A program made the translations under genes and the position numbers. A stretch of 63,561 nucleotides of DNA, counting the filler. It is 7 parts of 7 records of this genome, joined end to end, with 100 filler letters (N's around TTAATTAATTAA, not from the genome) between each part and the next. Parts side by side here need not be neighbours in the genome. Positions count along the whole stretch, not along the records: positions 29,090 to 49,336 come from SRR20825010_1279; 6 more parts are not named here. One strand, 5' to 3'. A model generated the notes under the pieces. That model did no database searches. It worked only from the letters and a program-made list of their open reading frames with translations, and was not told where the DNA came from. The first letter of the stretch is position 1. The number at the start of each line of letters is the position of its first letter. Shown here in pieces: positions 36,810-45,538 of the stretch.

Positions 36810-39800
36810 ATGTTCGTTTCGCTTCGTTCCCTCATCCCTTTCCTGCTCGTTTGGCCGACGGTGACTTCCGCCGTTGTCTTCGCTGAAGATGACATTGACT
36901 TCAACCGCGACATCCGGCCGATCCTTTCGGACCGTTGCTACTTTTGCCACGGTCCTGATGAAGGCACCCGAGAAGCGGACCTGCGTTTGGACATCCGCGA
37001 AGACGCGGCGTACGTGTTGGAATCAGATGAACTGCTGGATCGAGTCCAAAGCGATGATCCCGATCTGGTGATGCCACCGCCTCACGCGAATTTGGAACTG
37101 ACCGACGAACAGAAAGACCTACTGAAGCGTTGGGTCGACGAAGGAGCTCCTTACGCGGCCCATTGGTCGTTCGAAAAACTACCGCTCGAGGTGGAAGTTC
37201 CTTCGGTCAAACAGACGGACTGGCCCAAGCAAACCATTGACCAATTTGTATTGGCCAAGATCGAAGCAGCCGAGCAACAACCCAACGTGGAAGCGGATCC
37301 ATTGCGATGGTTGCGGCGAGTCACCTTGGACCTGACCGGATTGCCACCGTCGGCAGAAACAATTCGGGACTTCGAACGAGCCGTTCAAACAGATCGCGAA
37401 AAAGCGTTCACCGATGCGGTCGATCAACTGCTGCAATCATCCGCGTTCGGCGAACACATGTCGATCGCATGGCTCGACGTGGCTCGCTACGCCGATTCCT
37501 ATGGCTATCAAAGCGACAAGCTCAACACCCAGTGGCCCTATCGCGACTGGGTCGTTCGCGCACTGAACCAAAACCTTCCGTACGACGATTTCTTGACGTG
37601 GCAAATCGCTGGTGACCTGCTGGAAGAACCAACGCGAGACCAGCAACTGGCGACCGCTTTCAATCGCATTCATCGCCTGAACAACGAAGGCGGCGCGGTC
37701 TTTGAAGAATGGCGAATCGAAAACGCAGCCGATCGCGTTCACACCTTCAGCACCGCCGTGATGGGACTGACCTTGGAGTGTGCCCGTTGCCACGATCACA
37801 AGTACGACCCGATCACCGCTCGCGAATTCTATTCGCTCTCAGCATTCTTCAATTCGATCGACGAGAGCGGCGTCTACGATCGCACCGAGAAAGTTCCCTG
37901 CCCGTCGATGCTGCTTCCCACCGAAGAAGAATCCGCGGCACTTGAACGGGCTCGTCAAGAACTAGCCGCTTCAGAACAACATTACCAAGCGGTTCTTGCC
38001 GCTACCAAGGAACGCTTCAAGACCAGCGAAGCGGCGTCCATCACCGCTGACGACATTCCTGACCTGCGACTCGCCTTGTCGTTTGATCAAGGCTTCGACA
38101 ACGCTGTCAAACCCGTTTATCACCCATCCGAGTCCGACCGAGCTTGGGCAAAGATGTGTGACTTGGTTCCCGTCGAAGCTTGCCAGATCACTCGGCTGAA
38201 CCCAACACTTGCCGATGATGATAAAGCTCGTTTGGCCGCCAAAGACGATTCCAAAGAAGCAGCGTCCAATCAATCCAGCGGTCCGAGCGACCGAATGGCA
38301 TTGAAGTTGGACGGCGAACGCGGTGTGACCGCTCACGACATTGAACCACTGGATCGCTGGACACCATTCACCGTTGTCGTCACGCTCAACAATCCCGCAC
38401 GTTCTCCTGAACGCAGCCTGATTGTCCATCACACTCGCGGAACGGACTGTGGCTACAACGGATACGACCTGACGATCCAAGATGGTCACCTCGAATCTCG
38501 CATGGCTCGGGTTTGGCCTGGCAACGCCATCAGCGTTCGGACGGTGAAACCCATCCCAGCCAACCAATGGCATCAAGTCGCGGCAACCTACGACGGATCG
38601 TCCCAGGCGTCAGGGCTAAAGCTCTTCCTCAATGGTCGTGAACTGGAAACGGTGACGCTGCGAGACGAAGTCAAAAAATCATGCAACGTTGTCGTCGACC
38701 ATGGCGGAGACTTCGTGATCGGACAACGATTCCGAGCTCGCGGGTTCGCCGGTGGCTTGATCGATGATGTCCGTCTTTACGAACGCAACCTGACATCGCT
38801 TGAACTGCAAGTCTTAGCGACGGGTGAAGCTCGACCCGCTGACGCCCCCACGTTCGCATCCGCATTGGACCAAGACGCTCGCGAAGCGTTTGCTCAGCTT
38901 CGCCAGGCCCGGCACGAATTTGTGATGGCGGAAGAGGTCATCCAAGAAATCCCGATCATGCGTGAGATGGACGAACCTCGCGAAACGCACCTGTTGCTAC
39001 GCGGGGAATACGATGCCGAAACCGACGAAACCACACGGGTTGAACGAACGGTTTTGAAAGCCATCCCGATTCCGTTCCCTGAAGACGCTCCCAAGGATCG
39101 CCTCGGGTTGGCCCAATGGATCACACACCCCGAGCACCCGTTGACCGCTCGCGTTGCCGTCAACCGAATGTGGGGCAACTTCTTCGCCGATCCGTTGGTC
39201 CGCACGCCCGAGAACTTTGGTTTGCAAGGTGACCTGCCAACGCATCCCAAGCTTCTCGATTGGTTGGCTCGTGATTTTGTTGATCACGATTGGGACATCC
39301 AACGCTTGTGCCGGAACATCGTGCTCTCGGCGACCTATCGTCAAGATTCCCGCTGCACGCAAGAACAATTCAACAGCGACCCAACCAATCGTCTGCTCGC
39401 CCGAGGCCCGTCCTATCGACTCGCCGCCGAACAAATTCGCGACCTCGCGTTGGCCGCTTCTGGATTACTCAATCCCGAGATGGGCGGACCGCCGGTGTCG
39501 CCTTACCAACCGGGCCAAGACCTTTGGCGAGAATCCAACGGGATGTCGCCGCCGTATCAACAGTCGGTTGGCAAATCGCTCTACCGTCGGTCGCTGTATT
39601 CGGTTTGGAAACGAACCGCACCGCTTCCCAACATGATGGTCTTCGATGCATCGTCGCGTGAAGTCTGCACGGTCAAACGATCGCGAACCAACACTCCGTT
39701 GCAAGCACTCGTGCTGCTCAACGATGAACAATTCATCGAAGCCGCTCGGGTACTAGCAACCGCTTTGATGAGCAACGAGGCACCGGAACAACGAATCGAG

Positions 39801-40034
39801 AACGCATTCTTGCAACTGGCAGGACGACGTCCCGATCCAACCGAACTGGAAGAACTCACCACGCTCTATCAACAAGAGCAAACGTTCTTCGAGAAAGACG
39901 CTGATTCGGCAAAGAGCTACCTGTCGATCGGCGAACGCGAACTGCCCAGCGAAGTTCCCCTCGCCGAACTCGCTGCCACGACCTCACTGTGCCAAGTCAT
40001 CCTGAACCTGGACGCCACGATTTGGAAACGCTAG
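36810..40034 (+). CDS. PSD1/DUF1549-DUF1553 planctomycete cytochrome c protein with LamG-like insert
   Basis: Motifs FNRDIRPILSDRCYFCHGPD, WLDVARYADS, CARCHDHKYDP, a LamG-like region (WHQVAATYDGS), HPLTARVAVNR and TNTPLQAL. Confidence 0.92.
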   Translation: MFVSLRSLIPFLLVWPTVTSAVVFAEDDIDFNRDIRPILSDRCYFCHGPDEGTREADLRLDIREDAAYVLESDELLDRVQSDDPDLVMPPPHANLELTDEQKDLLKRWVDEGAPYAAHWSFEKLPLEVEVPSVKQTDWPKQTIDQFVLAKIEAAEQQPNVEADPLRWLRRVTLDLTGLPPSAETIRDFERAVQTDREKAFTDAVDQLLQSSAFGEHMSIAWLDVARYADSYGYQSDKLNTQWPYRDWVVRALNQNLPYDDFLTWQIAGDLLEEPTRDQQLATAFNRIHRLNNEGGAVFEEWRIENAADRVHTFSTAVMGLTLECARCHDHKYDPITAREFYSLSAFFNSIDESGVYDRTEKVPCPSMLLPTEEESAALERARQELAASEQHYQAVLAATKERFKTSEAASITADDIPDLRLALSFDQGFDNAVKPVYHPSESDRAWAKMCDLVPVEACQITRLNPTLADDDKARLAAKDDSKEAASNQSSGPSDRMALKLDGERGVTAHDIEPLDRWTPFTVVVTLNNPARSPERSLIVHHTRGTDCGYNGYDLTIQDGHLESRMARVWPGNAISVRTVKPIPANQWHQVAATYDGSSQASGLKLFLNGRELETVTLRDEVKKSCNVVVDHGGDFVIGQRFRARGFAGGLIDDVRLYERNLTSLELQVLATGEARPADAPTFASALDQDAREAFAQLRQARHEFVMAEEVIQEIPIMREMDEPRETHLLLRGEYDAETDETTRVERTVLKAIPIPFPEDAPKDRLGLAQWITHPEHPLTARVAVNRMWGNFFADPLVRTPENFGLQGDLPTHPKLLDWLARDFVDHDWDIQRLCRNIVLSATYRQDSRCTQEQFNSDPTNRLLARGPSYRLAAEQIRDLALAASGLLNPEMGGPPVSPYQPGQDLWRESNGMSPPYQQSVGKSLYRRSLYSVWKRTAPLPNMMVFDASSREVCTVKRSRTNTPLQALVLLNDEQFIEAARVLATALMSNEAPEQRIENAFLQLAGRRPDPTELEELTTLYQQEQTFFEKDADSAKSYLSIGERELPSEVPLAELAATTSLCQVILNLDATIWKR

Positions 40035-40154
40035 CGGCCTGTTGAATTAGTCGTATACCGAATGGCAACAATTAGCCGATGGGCATGAGCCCCGGTTGGC
40101 GTCTGACCAACCGCCGCTAACACGGTACGGCTCATTCAATCAACAGCCCGCTAG
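40031..40154. mobile_element. Miniature inverted-repeat element flanked by CTAG
   Basis: Ends CTAGCGGCCTGTTGA and TCAACAGCCCGCTAG, with an internal imperfect palindrome pair. Confidence 0.55.
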
Positions 40155-40233
40155 GGCCGCCCATCCCTAAACCGTTTCATCGAACTTCCACGCCACCACC
40201 CTTCTCGCCATCTTTCACGCGAGGGAACCCATC

Positions 40234-41667
40234 ATGACTCCTGATTTCTCACTGCAATCCAAACGCCGTGTCTTTCTGAAGCAGGCCACCTCCACCGTCG
40301 GTGCCGCCGCGCTGGCGCACTTGCTCGGACGTGACATGGCATCGGCCGCAGCACCCGCTGCAAATCTTGGCGGGATGCACTTTGCTCCCAAAGCAAAACG
40401 GATCATCTATCTGTTTCAATCCGGCGGCCCGGCCCAGCAAGACTTGTTCGATCACAAACCGATGCTCGAACAAATGCACGGACGCGAATTGCCTCCCGAG
40501 GTTCGTGGCGAGCAACGATTGACCGGCATGTCGGTGAATCAAAGCTCGTTGCCGGTGGCAGCCTCCAAGTTCAAGTTTGCCCAACATGGACAATCCGGTG
40601 CTTGGCTGAGCGAACTGCTGCCATATCACCGGGACATCGTCGACGATGTGTGCTTCATCAAATCAATGCACACCGAAGCGATCAATCACGACCCCGCGAT
40701 CACGTTCTTTCAAACCGGTTCGCAGATCGCTGGCCGGCCATCGCTCGGTTCGTGGATCTCCTATGGACTGGGAAGCGAAAACGATGACCTCCCCGCCTTT
40801 GTGGTGCTGGTCACCAAAGGCCAAGGCGGTCAACCGCTTTACTCACGTTTGTGGGGCAACGGATTCCTGGATTCCAAGTATCAAGGTGTCCAATTCCGGG
40901 GCGGTGAAGATCCCGTGTTGTATCTGTCCAACCCCGATGGCATCTCGCGCGATCATCGTCGTCAGCAACTCGACTCGATCAACCGTTTGAACTCGCACCA
41001 GTATCAACGCGAATTTGATCCAGAGATCCAATCGCGGATCGCTCAGTACGAAATGGCGTTCAAGATGCAAACCAGCGTTCCCGATGCCACAGACTTCTCT
41101 GACGAACCGGAGTCCACGTTCGAGTTGTACGGTGAAGACGCCAAGCAACCCGGGACCTTCGCCGCCAACTGTTTGCTGGCTCGACGATTGGCACAACGAG
41201 ACGTTCGGTTCATTCAGCTCTACCATCAAGGATGGGACCAACACTCCAACCTGCCAAAGGGAATCGCCGGTCAAGCCAAGGAAACCGACCAGGCATCCGC
41301 CGCATTGGTCAAAGACCTCAAGCGTCTGGGAATGCTGGATGACACCCTGGTCATCTGGGGCGGTGAATTTGGCCGCACGTCGTACTCACAAGGTACCCTG
41401 ACGCCGGGCAACTACGGTCGCGACCACCATCCGCGTTGCTTCACGACGTGGATGGCCGGCGGCGGAATCCGTCCCGGAATGAGTTACGGAACGACGGACG
41501 AGTTCAGCTACAACGTGGCGGAAAACGGTGTCCACGTGCACGACTTCAATGCCACGATCCTGAACCTAATGGGCATCGATCACGAGCGACTGACATACAA
41601 GTACCAAGGCCGCCGGTTCCGTTTGACCGATGTGCACGGCCACGTCGTTCGCGATATTCTGGCGTGA
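40234..41667 (+). CDS. DUF1501 domain protein (sulfatase-like, Tat signal)
   Basis: Motifs [51 protein letters not shown] and RLTDVHG. Confidence 0.93.
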   Translation: MTPDFSLQSKRRVFLKQATSTVGAAALAHLLGRDMASAAAPAANLGGMHFAPKAKRIIYLFQSGGPAQQDLFDHKPMLEQMHGRELPPEVRGEQRLTGMSVNQSSLPVAASKFKFAQHGQSGAWLSELLPYHRDIVDDVCFIKSMHTEAINHDPAITFFQTGSQIAGRPSLGSWISYGLGSENDDLPAFVVLVTKGQGGQPLYSRLWGNGFLDSKYQGVQFRGGEDPVLYLSNPDGISRDHRRQQLDSINRLNSHQYQREFDPEIQSRIAQYEMAFKMQTSVPDATDFSDEPESTFELYGEDAKQPGTFAANCLLARRLAQRDVRFIQLYHQGWDQHSNLPKGIAGQAKETDQASAALVKDLKRLGMLDDTLVIWGGEFGRTSYSQGTLTPGNYGRDHHPRCFTTWMAGGGIRPGMSYGTTDEFSYNVAENGVHVHDFNATILNLMGIDHERLTYKYQGRRFRLTDVHGHVVRDILA

Positions 41668-41834
41668 TCTTACGGCGAGCGTCGCTTGGCATTGGACATT
41701 GAAAGCGACGTTCCACCGCGTGTGACGCTTCGCCACAGCTTTTCGCGTCGGTTCGCTCGGCAATAATGTGATGACATCGTTTCGGCTGGGACATACCGTC
41801 CCGCTCGATGTTTTCGCGTGTTGAATGCAAGAAC

Positions 41835-42980
41835 ATGAACTCGGTTCGCAAGCCGCCGACTCAAAAAAAGATTGTGCTGCTCGGCATCGGACACACCAAT
41901 GCCCACGTGCTGAAACAATGGGCCGATCACCCAATCGCTCATTGCGACTTGATCTGCATCAGCCCGTTTCCCGTCGCAACCTATTCCGGCATGTTGCCCG
42001 GCACACTCGGTGAACAATTCACCGAAGAAGAAATGCAGATCGACTTGCGAGCGATGGCTGATCAAGCCGGGGCAACACTGATCATCGCCAAATCGACATC
42101 CATCGATCTGGATACGAACCAGATTCACTTCTCTGACCACGTCCCAGTGTCATTCGATGTGCTATCGATCGGAATCGGATCGATGCCGGCCGGTTGGAAC
42201 GAACACGAGTCACCTTTGATCGTTCCAACCAAACCGATGCAAACGTTCCTGCGTCGACTGTCCGAACGAATCGATTGCGTGGATGATTCAAAGAGCACCA
42301 ACAAACGAGTTGCCATCGTGGGTGGCGGAGTGGCCAGCATCGAAATCGCATTGTGCCTGCACGAACATCTCCGCAAGCAAGGCCGACTCGACCGAGTGCA
42401 GTTGGATCTGTTCTCTCGCAGCCCATCCGTCAGCGATGAACTCAACGCGAAAAGCCAAGAAACCATTCTGCAGTTGCTGGCGGCGAGAAACATTCAAACC
42501 CACTTCAACTCGGCGGTTACCGAAATTGGTGATGATTCACTCACGACGAGCGAAGGCAAAACGCTTCCGTTCGACGCGGTCGTCTGGGCAACCGGTGCCG
42601 CCCCACCAACCATCCTTCATCAAACGCAACTCGACACCGATGACCACGGCTTTGTTGCCACATTTGATACTCTTCAATCGCTGTCGCACCAACATGTTTT
42701 TTCCGTCGGAGACGCTGGAACGATCGTTCGTAATCCCGCCCCAAAAGCCGGCGTGACTGCGGTGCGTCAAAGTCCCATTCTATGGCACAACCTTCGAGCA
42801 TTCGTTGCAGAAACTCCGCTGAAAAGATTCCGTTCGCGAAAGACATTTCTCAAAATCTTGAATACCGGTGATGGAAAGGGCCTGCTCGACTACGGATGGT
42901 TTTCGTTCCATGGGAGATGGTGCTGGACACTAAAGACTTGGATCGATCGTCGATTCATTCGCCAATTCCCTTCGCCGTGA
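41835..42980 (+). CDS. FAD-dependent pyridine nucleotide-disulfide oxidoreductase (stand-alone homolog of the SelD N-terminal domain)
   Basis: Motifs IVLLGIGHTNAHVL, YSGMLPG, IVGGGVASIE, WATGA, PKAGVTAVRQ and WTLKTWIDRRF. Confidence 0.85.
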   Translation: MNSVRKPPTQKKIVLLGIGHTNAHVLKQWADHPIAHCDLICISPFPVATYSGMLPGTLGEQFTEEEMQIDLRAMADQAGATLIIAKSTSIDLDTNQIHFSDHVPVSFDVLSIGIGSMPAGWNEHESPLIVPTKPMQTFLRRLSERIDCVDDSKSTNKRVAIVGGGVASIEIALCLHEHLRKQGRLDRVQLDLFSRSPSVSDELNAKSQETILQLLAARNIQTHFNSAVTEIGDDSLTTSEGKTLPFDAVVWATGAAPPTILHQTQLDTDDHGFVATFDTLQSLSHQHVFSVGDAGTIVRNPAPKAGVTAVRQSPILWHNLRAFVAETPLKRFRSRKTFLKILNTGDGKGLLDYGWFSFHGRWCWTLKTWIDRRFIRQFPSP

Positions 42981-43017
42981 TGAACTCACCACGACATCAA
43001 CCAACGGATACTTCCCC

Positions 43018-44493
43018 ATGATGGACGTTGAGATTCTCAGCCGGTTGCAGTTTGCAGGAACGATCATGTTCCACTATCTGTTTCCGCCGTTGTCGATTGG
43101 GTTGGGCCTGCAACTGTTCCTATGCGAGTTGGCGTATTACCGAACTCGCAATCCAGCCTGGGAAGCTGCCGCCCGGTTTTGGACCCGCGTCTTTGCCGTC
43201 AATTTCGCGATGGGAGTGTCTACGGGCATCGTCATGGAGTTTGAGTTCGGCACCAACTGGGCCGCCTACTCTCGGTTTGTCGGCGACGTATTCGGATCTG
43301 CACTGGCCGCCGAAGGGATCTTCGCGTTCTTCCTGGAAAGTGGATTCTTGGCTGTGCTCGTCTTTGGATGGGATCGAGTCGGTCCGACCATGCACTTGTT
43401 CAGCACGTTGATGGTGTTTCTGGGGTCGATGTTCAGCGCGGTATGGATCGTCGTCGCCAACAGTTGGCAACAAACGCCGGCCGGCTATCACATCGTTTGG
43501 CATGACGTGCAAGGCGAGTCCATGCCGAGAGCCGAGGTCACCGATTTCTGGGCCATGGTTTTCAACCCGTCCTCAGTCGACCGACTGACTCACACTTTGA
43601 TCGGTGCATTCGTTCTGGGTGCATTCTTCGTCGCTTCGGTTTGTTCGTACTACTTGCTTAAAGGACGACACGAAGAGATCGCGCGTCGCTGCTTGTCGAT
43701 CGCATTGCCCACTTCGTTGCTGTTCACGATCCTTGCGGCCGCGACGGGCCATGACTCGGCTCAAAAGCTCGTCGAAACACAACCAGCGAAACTGGCCGCG
43801 ATGGAGGCCCACTTTGAAACGACGGACCAGCCCACGGGACTTTACCTTTTTGGTTGGCCCGACGCAGAAGAAGAGACCGTTCACTTCGGTGTCCAGCTCC
43901 CCTATCTGTTGAGTCTGATGGTCTACAACGATCCGATGGAACCCGTCCCTGGCATGGACCAAATCCCTTCCGACGAACGGCCACCGGTTTGGTTGCCGTT
44001 TCAAACGTTTCACCTAATGGTCGGCTTGGGAACCATGATGATTGGAGTTTCGTCGCTCGCCTGCTGGTTCTGGTTTCGAGGCACCCTGCTGCAACGCCGC
44101 TGGTTGCTGTGGACGATCGTGTTCATGCCCATCGCTGCGATGACCGCGAATCAGGCAGGCTGGATCACTGCCGAAGTTGGACGACAACCCTGGATCGTTT
44201 ATCCGTCGATTCAAGACGGCGTGGAAATGATCGGCTTGAAAACGGCCGATGGTCTGAGCGAATCGGTCACCGCCGAACAAGTCCTCAGCTCCATCATCTT
44301 GTTTGGAATCATCTACTCGATGCTCTTCGCGGTCTGGGTGTTTGTGTTAAACCACAAAATCCAGCATGGCCCCGAAAGCGTCGATGCGTTGCTAGAACAC
44401 AAACGACGGACACATCCGAGTTCCATGTCGGAACAATTTCAACGGACCGGAAAATCACATGGTGGGGATTTCCTCGAGGAGGACTCGGAATGA
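43018..44493 (+). CDS. cydA: Cytochrome bd oxidase subunit I
   Basis: Motifs [36 protein letters not shown] and [12 protein letters not shown]. Confidence 0.96.
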   Translation: MMDVEILSRLQFAGTIMFHYLFPPLSIGLGLQLFLCELAYYRTRNPAWEAAARFWTRVFAVNFAMGVSTGIVMEFEFGTNWAAYSRFVGDVFGSALAAEGIFAFFLESGFLAVLVFGWDRVGPTMHLFSTLMVFLGSMFSAVWIVVANSWQQTPAGYHIVWHDVQGESMPRAEVTDFWAMVFNPSSVDRLTHTLIGAFVLGAFFVASVCSYYLLKGRHEEIARRCLSIALPTSLLFTILAAATGHDSAQKLVETQPAKLAAMEAHFETTDQPTGLYLFGWPDAEEETVHFGVQLPYLLSLMVYNDPMEPVPGMDQIPSDERPPVWLPFQTFHLMVGLGTMMIGVSSLACWFWFRGTLLQRRWLLWTIVFMPIAAMTANQAGWITAEVGRQPWIVYPSIQDGVEMIGLKTADGLSESVTAEQVLSSIILFGIIYSMLFAVWVFVLNHKIQHGPESVDALLEHKRRTHPSSMSEQFQRTGKSHGGDFLEEDSE

Positions 44494-45518
44494 GCTACGA
44501 AACCGTCACGTTCGTCTGGTTTGTATTGCTGGGTGTTTTGCTATGCGGCTACACGATCCTGGATGGGTTTGATCTGGGTGTTGGAATCCTTCATCCGTTC
44601 ATCGCGAAAACGGATGAGGAACGTCGACTGGTCATGAATTCCATCGGACCGCTATGGGATGGAAACGAAGTTTGGCTGGTCACATTTGGTGGAGCTCTCT
44701 TCGCTGCGTTTCCCGTCGCCTACGCCACCGTGTTCAGCAGTTTCTATCTCGCGTTCTACTTGCTCCTGACTTGCTTGATTGGCCGTGCCGTCAGCCTTGA
44801 GTTCCGTTCGAAAGTTCACTCGCACACGTGGAGACGACTGTGGGACTTGGGTTTCTTTTTGTCATCAACCTGCGCGGCGTTGCTGCTCGGCATCGCCGGT
44901 GGAAACGTCATGCAGGGAATGGAACTCGGACCCATGTACCATTACGAAGGCAGCTTGCTCAGCCAGTTGACCTGGTACCCGTTGTTGGTGGGAACGTTGA
45001 CCGTGTCACTGTTTGCACTGCATGGTGCGATCTTCTTGTATCTGAAAACAGAACATGAATTGCAGCAGCGTGTGCGAGCGGCCATCACACCCTTGTTTTA
45101 TGTTTTCGCTGGCATGTATTCGCTCGTCACTTTCGCAACATGGTGGCACGTGCCCCATGCAACCGAGAACATTGCCAACTATCCCATCCTTTGGGTCGTC
45201 CCAATCCTCAACGCGTTGGCGGTGTTGAACATTCCGCGTGCAATGCACCTCGGTAAACCCGCCTATGCCTTCTTCTCATCGGCGATGGTGATCCTGGCCC
45301 TGGCCTCGCTCTTCAGCGTCGCGATCTTTCCCAACTTCATGCTTTCCACGATTGACCCGTCTTACAGCATCACACTCGACAACGCGAGAAGCAGCGAAAG
45401 CACCCTGAATATCATGTTGATCATCGCGGGAATCGGGATGCCGTGTGTCATCAGCTACACCGTGATCATTTATTGGATCTTCCACGGAAAGGTACGACTG
45501 GACACCAACAGTTATTGA
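44490..45518 (+). CDS. cydB: Cytochrome bd oxidase subunit II
   Basis: Motifs ILDGFDLGVG, SIGPLWDGNEVWL and RAVSLEFRSK. ATGA overlap with cydA. Confidence 0.96.
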   Translation: MSYETVTFVWFVLLGVLLCGYTILDGFDLGVGILHPFIAKTDEERRLVMNSIGPLWDGNEVWLVTFGGALFAAFPVAYATVFSSFYLAFYLLLTCLIGRAVSLEFRSKVHSHTWRRLWDLGFFLSSTCAALLLGIAGGNVMQGMELGPMYHYEGSLLSQLTWYPLLVGTLTVSLFALHGAIFLYLKTEHELQQRVRAAITPLFYVFAGMYSLVTFATWWHVPHATENIANYPILWVVPILNALAVLNIPRAMHLGKPAYAFFSSAMVILALASLFSVAIFPNFMLSTIDPSYSITLDNARSSESTLNIMLIIAGIGMPCVISYTVIIYWIFHGKVRLDTNSY

Positions 45519-45538
45519 AGGCAACGGTGTGCCGTTGA

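Noticed and set aside
41700..41790. CRP/FNR/Rex box upstream of the flavoprotein-cydAB operon (TGTGA half-sites)
   Set aside because: The second half-site and spacing do not fit any consensus.
43854..44489. Apparent 554-aa CydB with an N-terminal extension
   Set aside because: It is an open frame overlapping cydA. The true start is ATG 44490 after GAGGAGG.
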